Origin: an uncultured Acidobacteriota bacterium
GTDB taxonomy: Bacteria; Acidobacteriota; HRBIN11; JAKEFK01
Reading direction: 5' to 3'
Assembly: GCA_964504105.1 (NCBI GenBank)
Contig: CAZDDB010000001.1
Span: 1 to 53,257 of the forward strand
Length of the DNA stretch: 53,257 nt
Under the pieces are notes generated by a model, which saw nothing but the letters and a program-made list of their open reading frames with translations, was not told the origin of the DNA and ran no database searches. Both the position numbers and the translations under genes were made by a program. Positions 43,560-51,974 of the stretch are shown one piece after another. Position 1 is the stretch's first letter; every line of letters starts with the position of its first letter.

Positions 43560-44045
43560 TTATTCGCGAAGCAATTTGACGGTGCCCTGAGGCTTCTCCA
43601 CCCTTAGGATCACAAAGGGTTGGGAAAGCACCTGTAGAATGAAACTGTTGTCGGGTGGCTCGGTGAGTTTGTATGCAATCACTGCGTCGTTTCCTTCGGC
43701 CGCAACGTTTTTCAGAATTACCCTGTAACCGCTGGTTCGTTTTTCGCCGGCAAATATGACGGCCACGACTTCGGATTCAAAATCCACCGGAGGCACGGGA
43801 GGTTGTGGCACGAGGACGCTCACATGGCGTTTCCAGAGCTCTTCCCATTCCTTCTGCGTTGTGATGATTTTGGCGATCGCGTCTTTGATTCCGCTCGAGG
43901 TTCCCTGCTGGATCACTTCATTCGTCATCGTAACACTCGTCTGTGTCTGCGTCTGTGTCTGGGACTCCTTCTTTTTGTCGTCCGCCCCGGACAAAAGGAG
44001 CGGCATCAGGAGCGTAACGAGGATCGATACATACCAGAGTTTCAT
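43560..44045 (-). CDS. secreted PrcB-like (protease complex subunit PrcB C-terminal domain) protein
   Basis: Signal peptide, a (TQ)n low-complexity stretch, and a C-terminal pattern VVAVIFAGEKRTSGYRVILKNV..AVIAYKLTEPP resembling PrcB_C. Confidence 0.5.
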   Translation of the reverse strand: MKLWYVSILVTLLMPLLLSGADDKKKESQTQTQTQTSVTMTNEVIQQGTSSGIKDAIAKIITTQKEWEELWKRHVSVLVPQPPVPPVDFESEVVAVIFAGEKRTSGYRVILKNVAAEGNDAVIAYKLTEPPDNSFILQVLSQPFVILRVEKPQGTVKLLRE

Positions 44046-44093
44046 TCTACCTCCGGTTGACTGTTTTCAGTCAACAGTTAACTATTATATGGA

Positions 44094-44336
44094 ATGAGCC
44101 AGGAGATTCCAGTCGCTGCCGTCCTCGATACCTTTGGTCTTCTTTGCCCGATGCCCATCATCAAGACAGCCGCCCGCGTCAAACATATGAACCGGGGCGA
44201 TGTGCTGAAGGTCTTGTCCGATGATCCGGGAATCAAGGAGGACATGCCCGCCTGGTGTATCACGTCCGGCAATGAGCTGATCCGGATCGATGAAGTGGGC
44301 GAAGAGTTTCACGCCTACGTTCGGAAACTGCGATGA
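44094..44336 (+). CDS. TusA/SirA-family sulfur-carrier protein
   Basis: 80 aa. Active-site motif LLCPMPIIKT (CPxP). Confidence 0.8.
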   Translation: MSQEIPVAAVLDTFGLLCPMPIIKTAARVKHMNRGDVLKVLSDDPGIKEDMPAWCITSGNELIRIDEVGEEFHAYVRKLR

Positions 44337-45469
44337 GCTCACTCTATTTTAACAACGCATTCAGCAAACAACCTCTTCCGGATGTCGTTGCAGCCATGCA
44401 ACCTTACCTGCGGGATGAGTTTGAGAATCCCCTGACCGAGTCGGACGGTGCGGAACGGATCCGCAGTATGATTCAAAAGGCTCGCGAAAGTGTGGCCGCT
44501 TGTATTCATGCGAAGCCCGGTGAGATCTATTTTGTTTCGTCCGGAACGGAAGCAAACAACTGGGCGCTGAAAGGAGCAGCCTGGAACAGGGGGAAAAACC
44601 ATCTTGTGATCTCTGCGGTGGAGCACTTTTCAGTGTACCAGACGGCAGAGTTTTTGCGGCGGCAGGGCTTCGATCTCACCATTATTCCGGTGGATTCGTC
44701 CGGCTTTGTGGATCCCGCGGATCTTGCACGGGCGGTGCGCTCTTCTACCTTTTTAGTATCAGTGCAGTCCGCCAGTGATGAAATCGGAGTCATTCAAAAT
44801 GCCCAGGAAATTGCGGCAATAAAGAGGCGATTTCCGGATGTTCTGTTTCACACGGATGGAATCCAGTTTGTGTGTTACGAGACCCTGGATTTGCGTCAGC
44901 TTCCTTTTGATCTGGTGAGCCTCTCTTCCAATGCTCTTTACGGGCCTCCAGGAATCGCAGCCCTTTACATCCGGGAAGGGACGCGCATTCAGCCGCTGAT
45001 GCATGGTGGAATGCAGGAAGAGGGAATGCGTCCCGGGTACCAGGCGCCGTTTCTAGTAGCGGGGTTCGGCAAAGCTGCGGAGATCAGTCTTTTTCGGAAA
45101 TCTCGTTGGAAAGAACGACTATTGGATCTGCGGCAGACTTTATACCTGTTGTTTGACCGTCTTGGAGTTCCGGTGATTGGAAGCAGACAGCAGCGCCTTG
45201 CGGACAACATTCTTGCAATTGCGGATGTGGATGGAGAAGCGATCCTGACGTTGCTTCTTGAACGGGGAGTGCGCGCCAGTTCCGGATCGACATGTACTCA
45301 GTACGCGCAAAAGGAATCACATGTCCTGAAAGCTCTGGGAATTACGCCGGAAAGCGCTCGCGGCGCCATTCTTTTCACGCTGGGCGTAGATCAAACAGAG
45401 AACGAAATCTCGCTCCTTTGTTTTACCTTTGAGGAGGCGCTGACACACTTGAGAAGATTAAAACCATAG
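44333..45469 (+). CDS. class-V aminotransferase / cysteine desulfurase homologue lacking the PLP-binding lysine
   Basis: Collinear with IscS/NifS (SSGTEANN, HTDGIQ, SSGSTCT). The segment DLVSLSSNALYGPPG replaces the SxHK(I/L)YGPKG motif. ATGA overlap with the TusA gene. Confidence 0.8.
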   Translation: MSSLYFNNAFSKQPLPDVVAAMQPYLRDEFENPLTESDGAERIRSMIQKARESVAACIHAKPGEIYFVSSGTEANNWALKGAAWNRGKNHLVISAVEHFSVYQTAEFLRRQGFDLTIIPVDSSGFVDPADLARAVRSSTFLVSVQSASDEIGVIQNAQEIAAIKRRFPDVLFHTDGIQFVCYETLDLRQLPFDLVSLSSNALYGPPGIAALYIREGTRIQPLMHGGMQEEGMRPGYQAPFLVAGFGKAAEISLFRKSRWKERLLDLRQTLYLLFDRLGVPVIGSRQQRLADNILAIADVDGEAILTLLLERGVRASSGSTCTQYAQKESHVLKALGITPESARGAILFTLGVDQTENEISLLCFTFEEALTHLRRLKP

Positions 45470-45537
45470 GGCTCCCGTAATTCCGGATCAACACCGGGAA
45501 CCCTCCTGAATTTGAATCCTTTGATGAATCGACGAAA

Positions 45538-45819
45538 TCAGCGGCCTTTGGCCACCATCGCCTTCAGCCCTTTTCCGGCCTTGAATTTCGGAACCCGTTT
45601 TGCAGGGATGCGGATTTCCTTTTTGGTTTGAGGGTTGCGTCCGATTCTTGCTTTCCGTTCGGCAACCGAAAAAGTGCCAAAACCAACAAGCGTAACGCTC
45701 TGTCCTTTCTTTAGCGATTCGCTGATTGCTTTCAGCGCTGCTTCCAGAGCTGCACCGGCTGTTGATTTTGTTAGCTTGGCGTCTTTTGCGATGCGTCCAA
45801 TCAAATCCGTTTTGTTCAT
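45538..45819 (-). CDS. hup: HU-family DNA-binding protein
   Basis: [49 protein letters not shown] is a canonical HU/IHF arm. Confidence 0.9.
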   Translation of the reverse strand: MNKTDLIGRIAKDAKLTKSTAGAALEAALKAISESLKKGQSVTLVGFGTFSVAERKARIGRNPQTKKEIRIPAKRVPKFKAGKGLKAMVAKGR

Positions 45820-45853
45820 TGAGTGCTCCTCCTAGGTTTCAAAACCTGCGGGG

Positions 45854-45883
45854 ATTATATCACCGAGGCGCAAATCGAATCAA
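45854..45883 (-). promoter_or_regulatory. candidate sigma-70 promoter of the HU gene (extended -10)
   Basis: Minus strand reads TTGATT-N18-(TGa)TATAAT, about 35 nt upstream of ATG 45819, which has a TAGGAGGAG RBS. Confidence 0.5.
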
Positions 45884-45924
45884 TTTTTAAATGTCTGAAA
45901 GTGGTAGCGGCGACCTACCGGTTT

Positions 45925-47286
45925 CTATCGTAGCAATTTCGACGCGAAGGGACGAAGCAGCACCGCCAGGGCGCTTCCACTGGGTTTGCCTGTCTTCCAT
46001 TTTTCCCGGCGATCATAGCTTTCATATAACAGATACCCGCAAAGAAGCAGCAGAATCACATCCAGCGGTCTGCCGATTCCAGAAAGGATATTTATAACGG
46101 ACACAACAAAGTTGAAAAAAGCGAGGATACCGATTGCAATCATACTCATGTGACTGAATTTTAGCGTATCGAAATCATACAACTGTTCGAGACGTTCCTG
46201 CTCCTGCTCATTCAGAAGGCCCCAGAATGGAGCAAAGGTTTTGACCCAAACCCCCATCTCGCGTCTGCGTTCGTCCTTATACAGTTTGCTGACTTCATCC
46301 GGCGTGTAATGTGTAGTGCTGCGAAAGACCGTCCCTTCCGAAACCTTCTTCAGGAGGAAACGATAACGTACTTCTTGTTCTTGATGAACTGTTTGTGAAT
46401 CGATCAAACCGTACCAGGTGTCGCGGTAGAGGATCCCCGTAAGCATGTTCCAGTGCGGTTTAGGAAGAATGGACACGATCTCCAGGTGATACTCCGGTCC
46501 CGCGGTTTCCGAAACCTGATCGCGTGTGTTCAAATAAAACGAGGGACGTCCTTTCCACTTCGTTTCAATCTCTTCTTGCCGCACCGCGGGATCTACCGAG
46601 CGGCTGATCATCCGGTACGTTCCGAAAATCAGAAAGACAGGCAGGGTTCCCATCGGTTCTTCCTGCACCATGCAGGAGTGGAGACGAACAAGCGATTCGA
46701 GAAAGAAATAGCATCCCGTAAGCTGAAGTGCCGTGTTTCCGGGCACGGTCGTTTCATAAACCTGACCAAATTGCGATACAAGAAAAGAAATCAGTCCGGC
46801 TCCGCCCGAAATTAGAAGAAGGATCGCGGAAACAAACGTGAGACGCTGTGCGGATATCCCGTAACTATTCTCCAGTCGATGTTGATCCGGTCCCGGAAGC
46901 AACCCGAACAAAGGCGCCAGCAATAGAATCGTGATGTTGATTCTGTTTGATTTCTTTCGATCGAGAAGCGATTGCGCGAGTCTTTCACACTCCTCTTTCG
47001 TGTAATGAAATTGAACACGAATCGGGAAGCGCTCCTCCCACAGCTTCAGAAAGTAGCGGACTCGTGGCATGGCCCCGGTTGTAGATTCCATTCGAGCGAT
47101 TTCGTAAGTCCTCTCTTCAAACCGGACGGTCGCTCCAGGAAAAATCAGGTTTCGGGGCCCTGAAGTCTGTCTTGGCTGCCACCCAGGCTTTTGTACGGGA
47201 CTCTCGATCTCCAGATCGAACTCGGATCCGAAAGGGTAGCGAATCAGATAGTCGCCTGCGGCAAACGGAATCCGATCCCGTTTCAT
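45925..47286 (-). CDS. membrane protein of unknown function with internal tandem duplication
   Basis: 453-aa ORF. Two similar modules, each a soluble beta-rich segment followed by TM helices. Confidence 0.6.
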   Translation of the reverse strand: MKRDRIPFAAGDYLIRYPFGSEFDLEIESPVQKPGWQPRQTSGPRNLIFPGATVRFEERTYEIARMESTTGAMPRVRYFLKLWEERFPIRVQFHYTKEECERLAQSLLDRKKSNRINITILLLAPLFGLLPGPDQHRLENSYGISAQRLTFVSAILLLISGGAGLISFLVSQFGQVYETTVPGNTALQLTGCYFFLESLVRLHSCMVQEEPMGTLPVFLIFGTYRMISRSVDPAVRQEEIETKWKGRPSFYLNTRDQVSETAGPEYHLEIVSILPKPHWNMLTGILYRDTWYGLIDSQTVHQEQEVRYRFLLKKVSEGTVFRSTTHYTPDEVSKLYKDERRREMGVWVKTFAPFWGLLNEQEQERLEQLYDFDTLKFSHMSMIAIGILAFFNFVVSVINILSGIGRPLDVILLLLCGYLLYESYDRREKWKTGKPSGSALAVLLRPFASKLLR

Positions 47287-47444
47287 AGTTCAAATCATAC
47301 CCTAACCCGGATGAGTCGGAACCAGCGCCGGCGAGAGTATCCAAAAATTGTAGCGGCGCATTGCATTCGCACCAGCCTGTACCTTGCTATCGCATTCCAG
47401 CAAACTTCGTTAAAATACACCTGACGCGGTCATGGCCCGCTCCG

Positions 47445-49103
47445 ATGAAGAAAGTTTGGATTTGCCTTTCCGTTGTGCTGCTTTTGTTGACTGTCATTCC
47501 TGCAGCGCTCTCCTATCGTAGATACAACGTAATTTTGGTCACGATCGACACACTGCGGGCTGACTACTTGAGCTGTTACAATCCGAAGGCGCCTCCCACC
47601 CCAAATCTAGACCGCCTGGCGCGGGAGGGAGTCCTGTTTGAAAACGCCTACAGTTTGATTCCGATTACGCTGCCTGCTCACGCCGCGATGCTGACTTCCC
47701 ACCCTCCTCATGAACTAGGTCTTTTCAACAACGGTGAATTCTTTAGCAGCAAACAGCCTTCTATTTCCGAGCTGCTTGCCAGGAAAGGATACGCCACGGC
47801 AGGATTTACCTCGCTGGGAGTGTTGTCCCGCAAGTTTAATATCAACCGCGGATTTCAAACGTATGAGGGGTATGTTGAAGGAGAATCTTTGCGTTCGTAT
47901 AAACTGGCTTCCGAAGTGAACGAGCTGGTTTACCCCTGGTTGGAAAAAGTACGGGATCGCCCATTCTTCGCGTGGATTCACTACTCCGATCCGCACGAAC
48001 CCTATATTACCGTTGACGCCCCTCCGGACACAGAAATTTGGGTGAATGACAGGTTTCGAAGCAAGTATTGTCTGGCAACGCGGCAGAGATTTTTGTTGAA
48101 ACTGTTTCTACAGCCAGGGGAAAACAAAATCGAATTTAGGACCGTGAAAGGTCTCGCTGAGGCGGGAATTGTGGAATCCAGCTATCTGACCTCCAGGACC
48201 ACTATCCAGCCGAAACGTTGGTTCCGCCTCACTCCTGGCGATAACCTGAAGAGGACCAAAGCCGAAAACGGGTCGGAAGTCTGGTTTTACCGTGGGTCCG
48301 GCGTGTTGACTGTGGTGAATAGCAATTCCAGGTGGACCCCCGCTACGCTTCGTTTCGCAGGCGGAGTGACCCAGAGTTTGGACGTGATCCTTCGCAATTA
48401 TCAAAGCGAAGTTCAGTACGCGGATCGATACTTCGGACTCCTGCGCAATAAGCTTTCGAATCTCGGAATTCAAAGCAAGACGATACTGATTGTCACTGCC
48501 GATCATGGGGAGGGTTTGAATACCCATGGCAGCATAGGCCACATTTACCCTATCTACAATGAGATCACTCATGTGCCCATGATCATCTACTATCCGGTTC
48601 TGGGGCGCGCCAAACTCCGGGTCCACGACCTGGTAAATCACCTGGACATCATGCCTACGTTCCTCGATTTGATCCATGAAAAAACAAATGCCGTTATGCG
48701 AGGACACAGTTTGAAGCACTATTTGAGCCGGTCGCCTGTGGACTGGCTTTTCACCTCCCGGATCAAACGCGTGCGAACTTTCACGTCCACCTATACTCCA
48801 GAGTCACCGGTCAATTCATTTGCCGTGATCGATAGGGATTTCAAACTGATTCAGACCGAAAGCGAAAAAGGATGGCAGTCGGAAGCATATGACCTACTGA
48901 AGGATCCACTGGAAAAAACGAATCTGACCGGCAAAGACTCCTTGCTGTTCCAGGACCAGAGATTTTTCGCCCTGCGGACACTATTAGAACAACATACTCA
49001 GGAAGCACAAAAAGCACATCAACGCCGAAACCAACCCACCCTCAATGAACAGGACATTGAGATGCTGCAAAACCTCGGTTACGTAGCCGGGAAGGAAGAG
49101 TGA
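47445..49103 (+). CDS. sulfatase-like hydrolase/transferase (alkaline-phosphatase superfamily), membrane-anchored or secreted
   Basis: ATG 47445 gives MKKVWICLSVVLLLLTVIPAAL. Metal/nucleophile region VILVTIDTLRADYL, and a later TADHGE motif. Confidence 0.8.
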   Translation: MKKVWICLSVVLLLLTVIPAALSYRRYNVILVTIDTLRADYLSCYNPKAPPTPNLDRLAREGVLFENAYSLIPITLPAHAAMLTSHPPHELGLFNNGEFFSSKQPSISELLARKGYATAGFTSLGVLSRKFNINRGFQTYEGYVEGESLRSYKLASEVNELVYPWLEKVRDRPFFAWIHYSDPHEPYITVDAPPDTEIWVNDRFRSKYCLATRQRFLLKLFLQPGENKIEFRTVKGLAEAGIVESSYLTSRTTIQPKRWFRLTPGDNLKRTKAENGSEVWFYRGSGVLTVVNSNSRWTPATLRFAGGVTQSLDVILRNYQSEVQYADRYFGLLRNKLSNLGIQSKTILIVTADHGEGLNTHGSIGHIYPIYNEITHVPMIIYYPVLGRAKLRVHDLVNHLDIMPTFLDLIHEKTNAVMRGHSLKHYLSRSPVDWLFTSRIKRVRTFTSTYTPESPVNSFAVIDRDFKLIQTESEKGWQSEAYDLLKDPLEKTNLTGKDSLLFQDQRFFALRTLLEQHTQEAQKAHQRRNQPTLNEQDIEMLQNLGYVAGKEE

Positions 49104-49223
49104 TTGTATTCGTGCTCGATTTCAAGTATTTCAAGTAGTACCGTATACCCTTCACCTGCGGGCCGTGCTAGAATCCAGCAATGAGTGTTGCCATGACGCC
49201 AATTATAACGGAATTTCTGGTAC

Positions 49224-49250
49224 CTAAGGGCCTGTGCAAAAATAACTTCC
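49224..49250. repeat. solo partial copy of the MITE terminal repeat (ctaagggcctgtgcaaaaataacttcc)
   Basis: Matches 14550-14576 with 2 mismatches. Lies 25 nt upstream of ATG 49276. Confidence 0.6.
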
Positions 49251-49275
49251 ACACCGGAATCTCCCGTTCCAAGTC

Positions 49276-50934
49276 ATGAAAACTCCTGATCCCGATTCAA
49301 TCAAAGATTTGACACTCAGGCTTGAGAAACTGAGCGATCTGCGGAAGCAGGAAGAAGAAGAATACAACAAAATTCTAACCTTACTGGATGAAACATGCCG
49401 CTTTGCACTGCCGGCTGAATCACACGGCCGTCTCAACGAAGTGCGAGAAGCCCTGAACGGGGCGTGGGATGTTTCTCGCGATGCTTATTCAGGTACCGAT
49501 GCCGAGAGTAATTTCTTCTGGAAGCAAGTTTCACGCAGGGTCGCTCAATATCTGCAGCCCTTTGTGAGCCGGCAACGGGAGTTTAACTCACTAACGGTTC
49601 ATCTGCTGAACGAGTTCATTGAGGGCGTTACGCACTCTCTGACCGAGATCCGGCATTTCCAATGCAGGCAGATCCTGTACTTTCAAAGAATCATTCCGGT
49701 CATCGATTCCAAGGATCGAGAAGTCATTGGCATCGAAGACAAGAACCTCGCCTATAACCTGATTCAACACCATCATGTGATGCTGGAACATCATGATCTG
49801 TTGAAGTGGAGCGCTCATGATGATCTGTTGAAGTGGAGCGCTCATGGAGATTTCCTCTTCCAAGAGCTGGACAAGAAGTTGGAAACACTGAGAGTAGACT
49901 TTCTGCAACAGCAAGGGCAACTGGAAAATCAAAAAGTAGACTTGATTCAACAGCAACAGCAACTGGAAAATCAAATGGAAGTGGCGCAAAGTATTCTGAA
50001 TTCGCAAATCCCTTCTTACTCCGAACAGGTAGTAAGGCAGATCCGGGAAGTTAAAAAACTGAATACCGAGCTTGAGAAACGCGTTTCCCACGCCGACACT
50101 TTGTTTCATGATCTCGACAAAATGATCCCGTTGCTCCGGGAGGAGCCGGCGGAACCAGGCAAGAGGCCCTTTGTCGAAACCGGGGACGAGGCACAGGAGG
50201 ATCCGGCCAAAAAGGGTAAGACTGAGATATCCCCGGAAAAGCTGCCGCCCTCTGTAGAAGGATCCAACTACTATGACTTTGAAGAAGTTTTCCGGGGGCC
50301 CCGTGAAACAATCAAGAACAACTTTGCAATGTACATGGAGTACTTTCAGGATAGCAGGAGCGCTCCCATTCTGGATCTGGGGTGCGGGCGCGGAGAATTC
50401 CTGGAACTGCTGCGGGAGGCTGGGATTTATGGAATCGGTGTGGACGTTAATCCCAATATGGTTCAGAAATGCCGGGATCTAGGACTGGACGCGGAGAAGG
50501 GGGACCTGCTGGAATTCTTGCTTTCCAGGGAAGACAGTTCCCTGGGTGGCATTTTCTGCTCGCAAGTGGTCGAGCACCTTCATCCGGATTATCTCGTGAA
50601 ACTGCTGGAGATTGCCTGGCATAAACTGAAAGAAGGCGCTCCACTCCTGCTGGAAACTGTAAATGTCAGCACGGCTCATGCGTTCCTGCAAATCTTCACC
50701 AGGGATATTACCCATTGCACACCACTGCATCCGGATACGCTGAAATTCCTGGTTGCAGCGTGTGGATTTCAAAACGCGCAGGTTCTCTTTACCAGCCCCC
50801 TTCCGGTCTCGGCTCAAATGAAATTGGTACCGGGGGGTGGCGATGAGCTCAAAGAAATCTTTAATCAAAATATGTCCAGGCTGAACACTCTACTCTACGG
50901 TTTTCAAGAATATGCCGTCCTTGGTATCAGATGA
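49276..50934 (+). CDS. coiled-coil protein with C-terminal class I SAM-dependent methyltransferase domain
   Basis: SAM motif I ILDLGCGRGEFLELL, followed by VVEHL.. Long Gln/Glu/Leu-rich N-terminal half. Confidence 0.75.
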   Translation: MKTPDPDSIKDLTLRLEKLSDLRKQEEEEYNKILTLLDETCRFALPAESHGRLNEVREALNGAWDVSRDAYSGTDAESNFFWKQVSRRVAQYLQPFVSRQREFNSLTVHLLNEFIEGVTHSLTEIRHFQCRQILYFQRIIPVIDSKDREVIGIEDKNLAYNLIQHHHVMLEHHDLLKWSAHDDLLKWSAHGDFLFQELDKKLETLRVDFLQQQGQLENQKVDLIQQQQQLENQMEVAQSILNSQIPSYSEQVVRQIREVKKLNTELEKRVSHADTLFHDLDKMIPLLREEPAEPGKRPFVETGDEAQEDPAKKGKTEISPEKLPPSVEGSNYYDFEEVFRGPRETIKNNFAMYMEYFQDSRSAPILDLGCGRGEFLELLREAGIYGIGVDVNPNMVQKCRDLGLDAEKGDLLEFLLSREDSSLGGIFCSQVVEHLHPDYLVKLLEIAWHKLKEGAPLLLETVNVSTAHAFLQIFTRDITHCTPLHPDTLKFLVAACGFQNAQVLFTSPLPVSAQMKLVPGGGDELKEIFNQNMSRLNTLLYGFQEYAVLGIR

Positions 50935-51974
50935 TGGCCGGCATGAAGAAGGTTTGCGTTTGTTTTTCGCAGGCGCCGTTTGTTCGAGGCGGCGCTGAAA
51001 TTTTTCGCGATAACCTGGTGGAACAATTGAAGAAACGCTCCTTCGAGGTGGAAATCATCCAATTACCACTGCAGACACAACCACTGGAGGAAGTCCTCAA
51101 AGGATGTCTTGCATGGAGATTCATGAACCTGGATAGGATCGGAGACGAGAACCTCGATCTGGTGATTGGGACAAAATTTCCCTCCTACTTGGTCCCGCAT
51201 TCCAACAAGATCATTTGGCTGGAGCACCAGCACCGTGAGGTTTACGATCTTTACGGAACGAATTATTCCGGATATCAAATCACCTCCAAGGACAACCAGT
51301 TGCGGCATCACATCTTTGATCTGGACCAGATCGCTTTCTCAGAAACCAGGAAGATATTTTCTCAGTCCAAGACCGTCGCTCAAAGACTGAAGGATTACAA
51401 CGGATTTGATAGTACAGTGGTCTATCCGCCCCTGGGTGATACGGAACGATTTCATTTCACGGCCATGGAAGATTTTGTCTTGAGCGTTACCCGGCTGGCT
51501 GCCAACAAGCGAATTCACCTCCTCATTGAGGCGATGCAGTATGTCTCCTCTCGCTTTAGGGCCGTAATTGTGGGAGAGGGATTTTTGAGGAGTCAGTATG
51601 AGAAGCTCGCATCTGACGTTGGAGTGTCGGATCGCGTGATCTTTACGGGCGGTGTGTCCCGGGATGAAGTAATCAATTTCTATGCGCGCGCCGGCGTCGT
51701 TTTCTACGGTCCGATCGGAGAAGATTATGGTTATTCGACTCTGGAAACTTTTTATTCGCGCAAGCCGGTGATTACCTGCCCGGATTCGGGAGGCGTCCTG
51801 GAATTTGTGGATGAATCAAATGGTTGGATCGCCCTCTGCAACCCAAAATCGATCGCAGAATGCATTGATGCCGCGCTGATAAACAAGGAAGTTTCCAGGG
51901 GCAAAGGAGAGGCTGGTTATCATCGGATTTCCTATATCAACTGGGATTACGTTCTTGATTCCCTGCTTTCATGA
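50931..51974 (+). CDS. glycosyltransferase (GT-B fold, family 4-like)
   Basis: ATGA overlap with the upstream gene. C-terminal GT1/GT4 pattern ..GEDYGYSTLETFYSRKPVITC.DSGGVLEFV. Confidence 0.75.
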   Translation: MMAGMKKVCVCFSQAPFVRGGAEIFRDNLVEQLKKRSFEVEIIQLPLQTQPLEEVLKGCLAWRFMNLDRIGDENLDLVIGTKFPSYLVPHSNKIIWLEHQHREVYDLYGTNYSGYQITSKDNQLRHHIFDLDQIAFSETRKIFSQSKTVAQRLKDYNGFDSTVVYPPLGDTERFHFTAMEDFVLSVTRLAANKRIHLLIEAMQYVSSRFRAVIVGEGFLRSQYEKLASDVGVSDRVIFTGGVSRDEVINFYARAGVVFYGPIGEDYGYSTLETFYSRKPVITCPDSGGVLEFVDESNGWIALCNPKSIAECIDAALINKEVSRGKGEAGYHRISYINWDYVLDSLLS

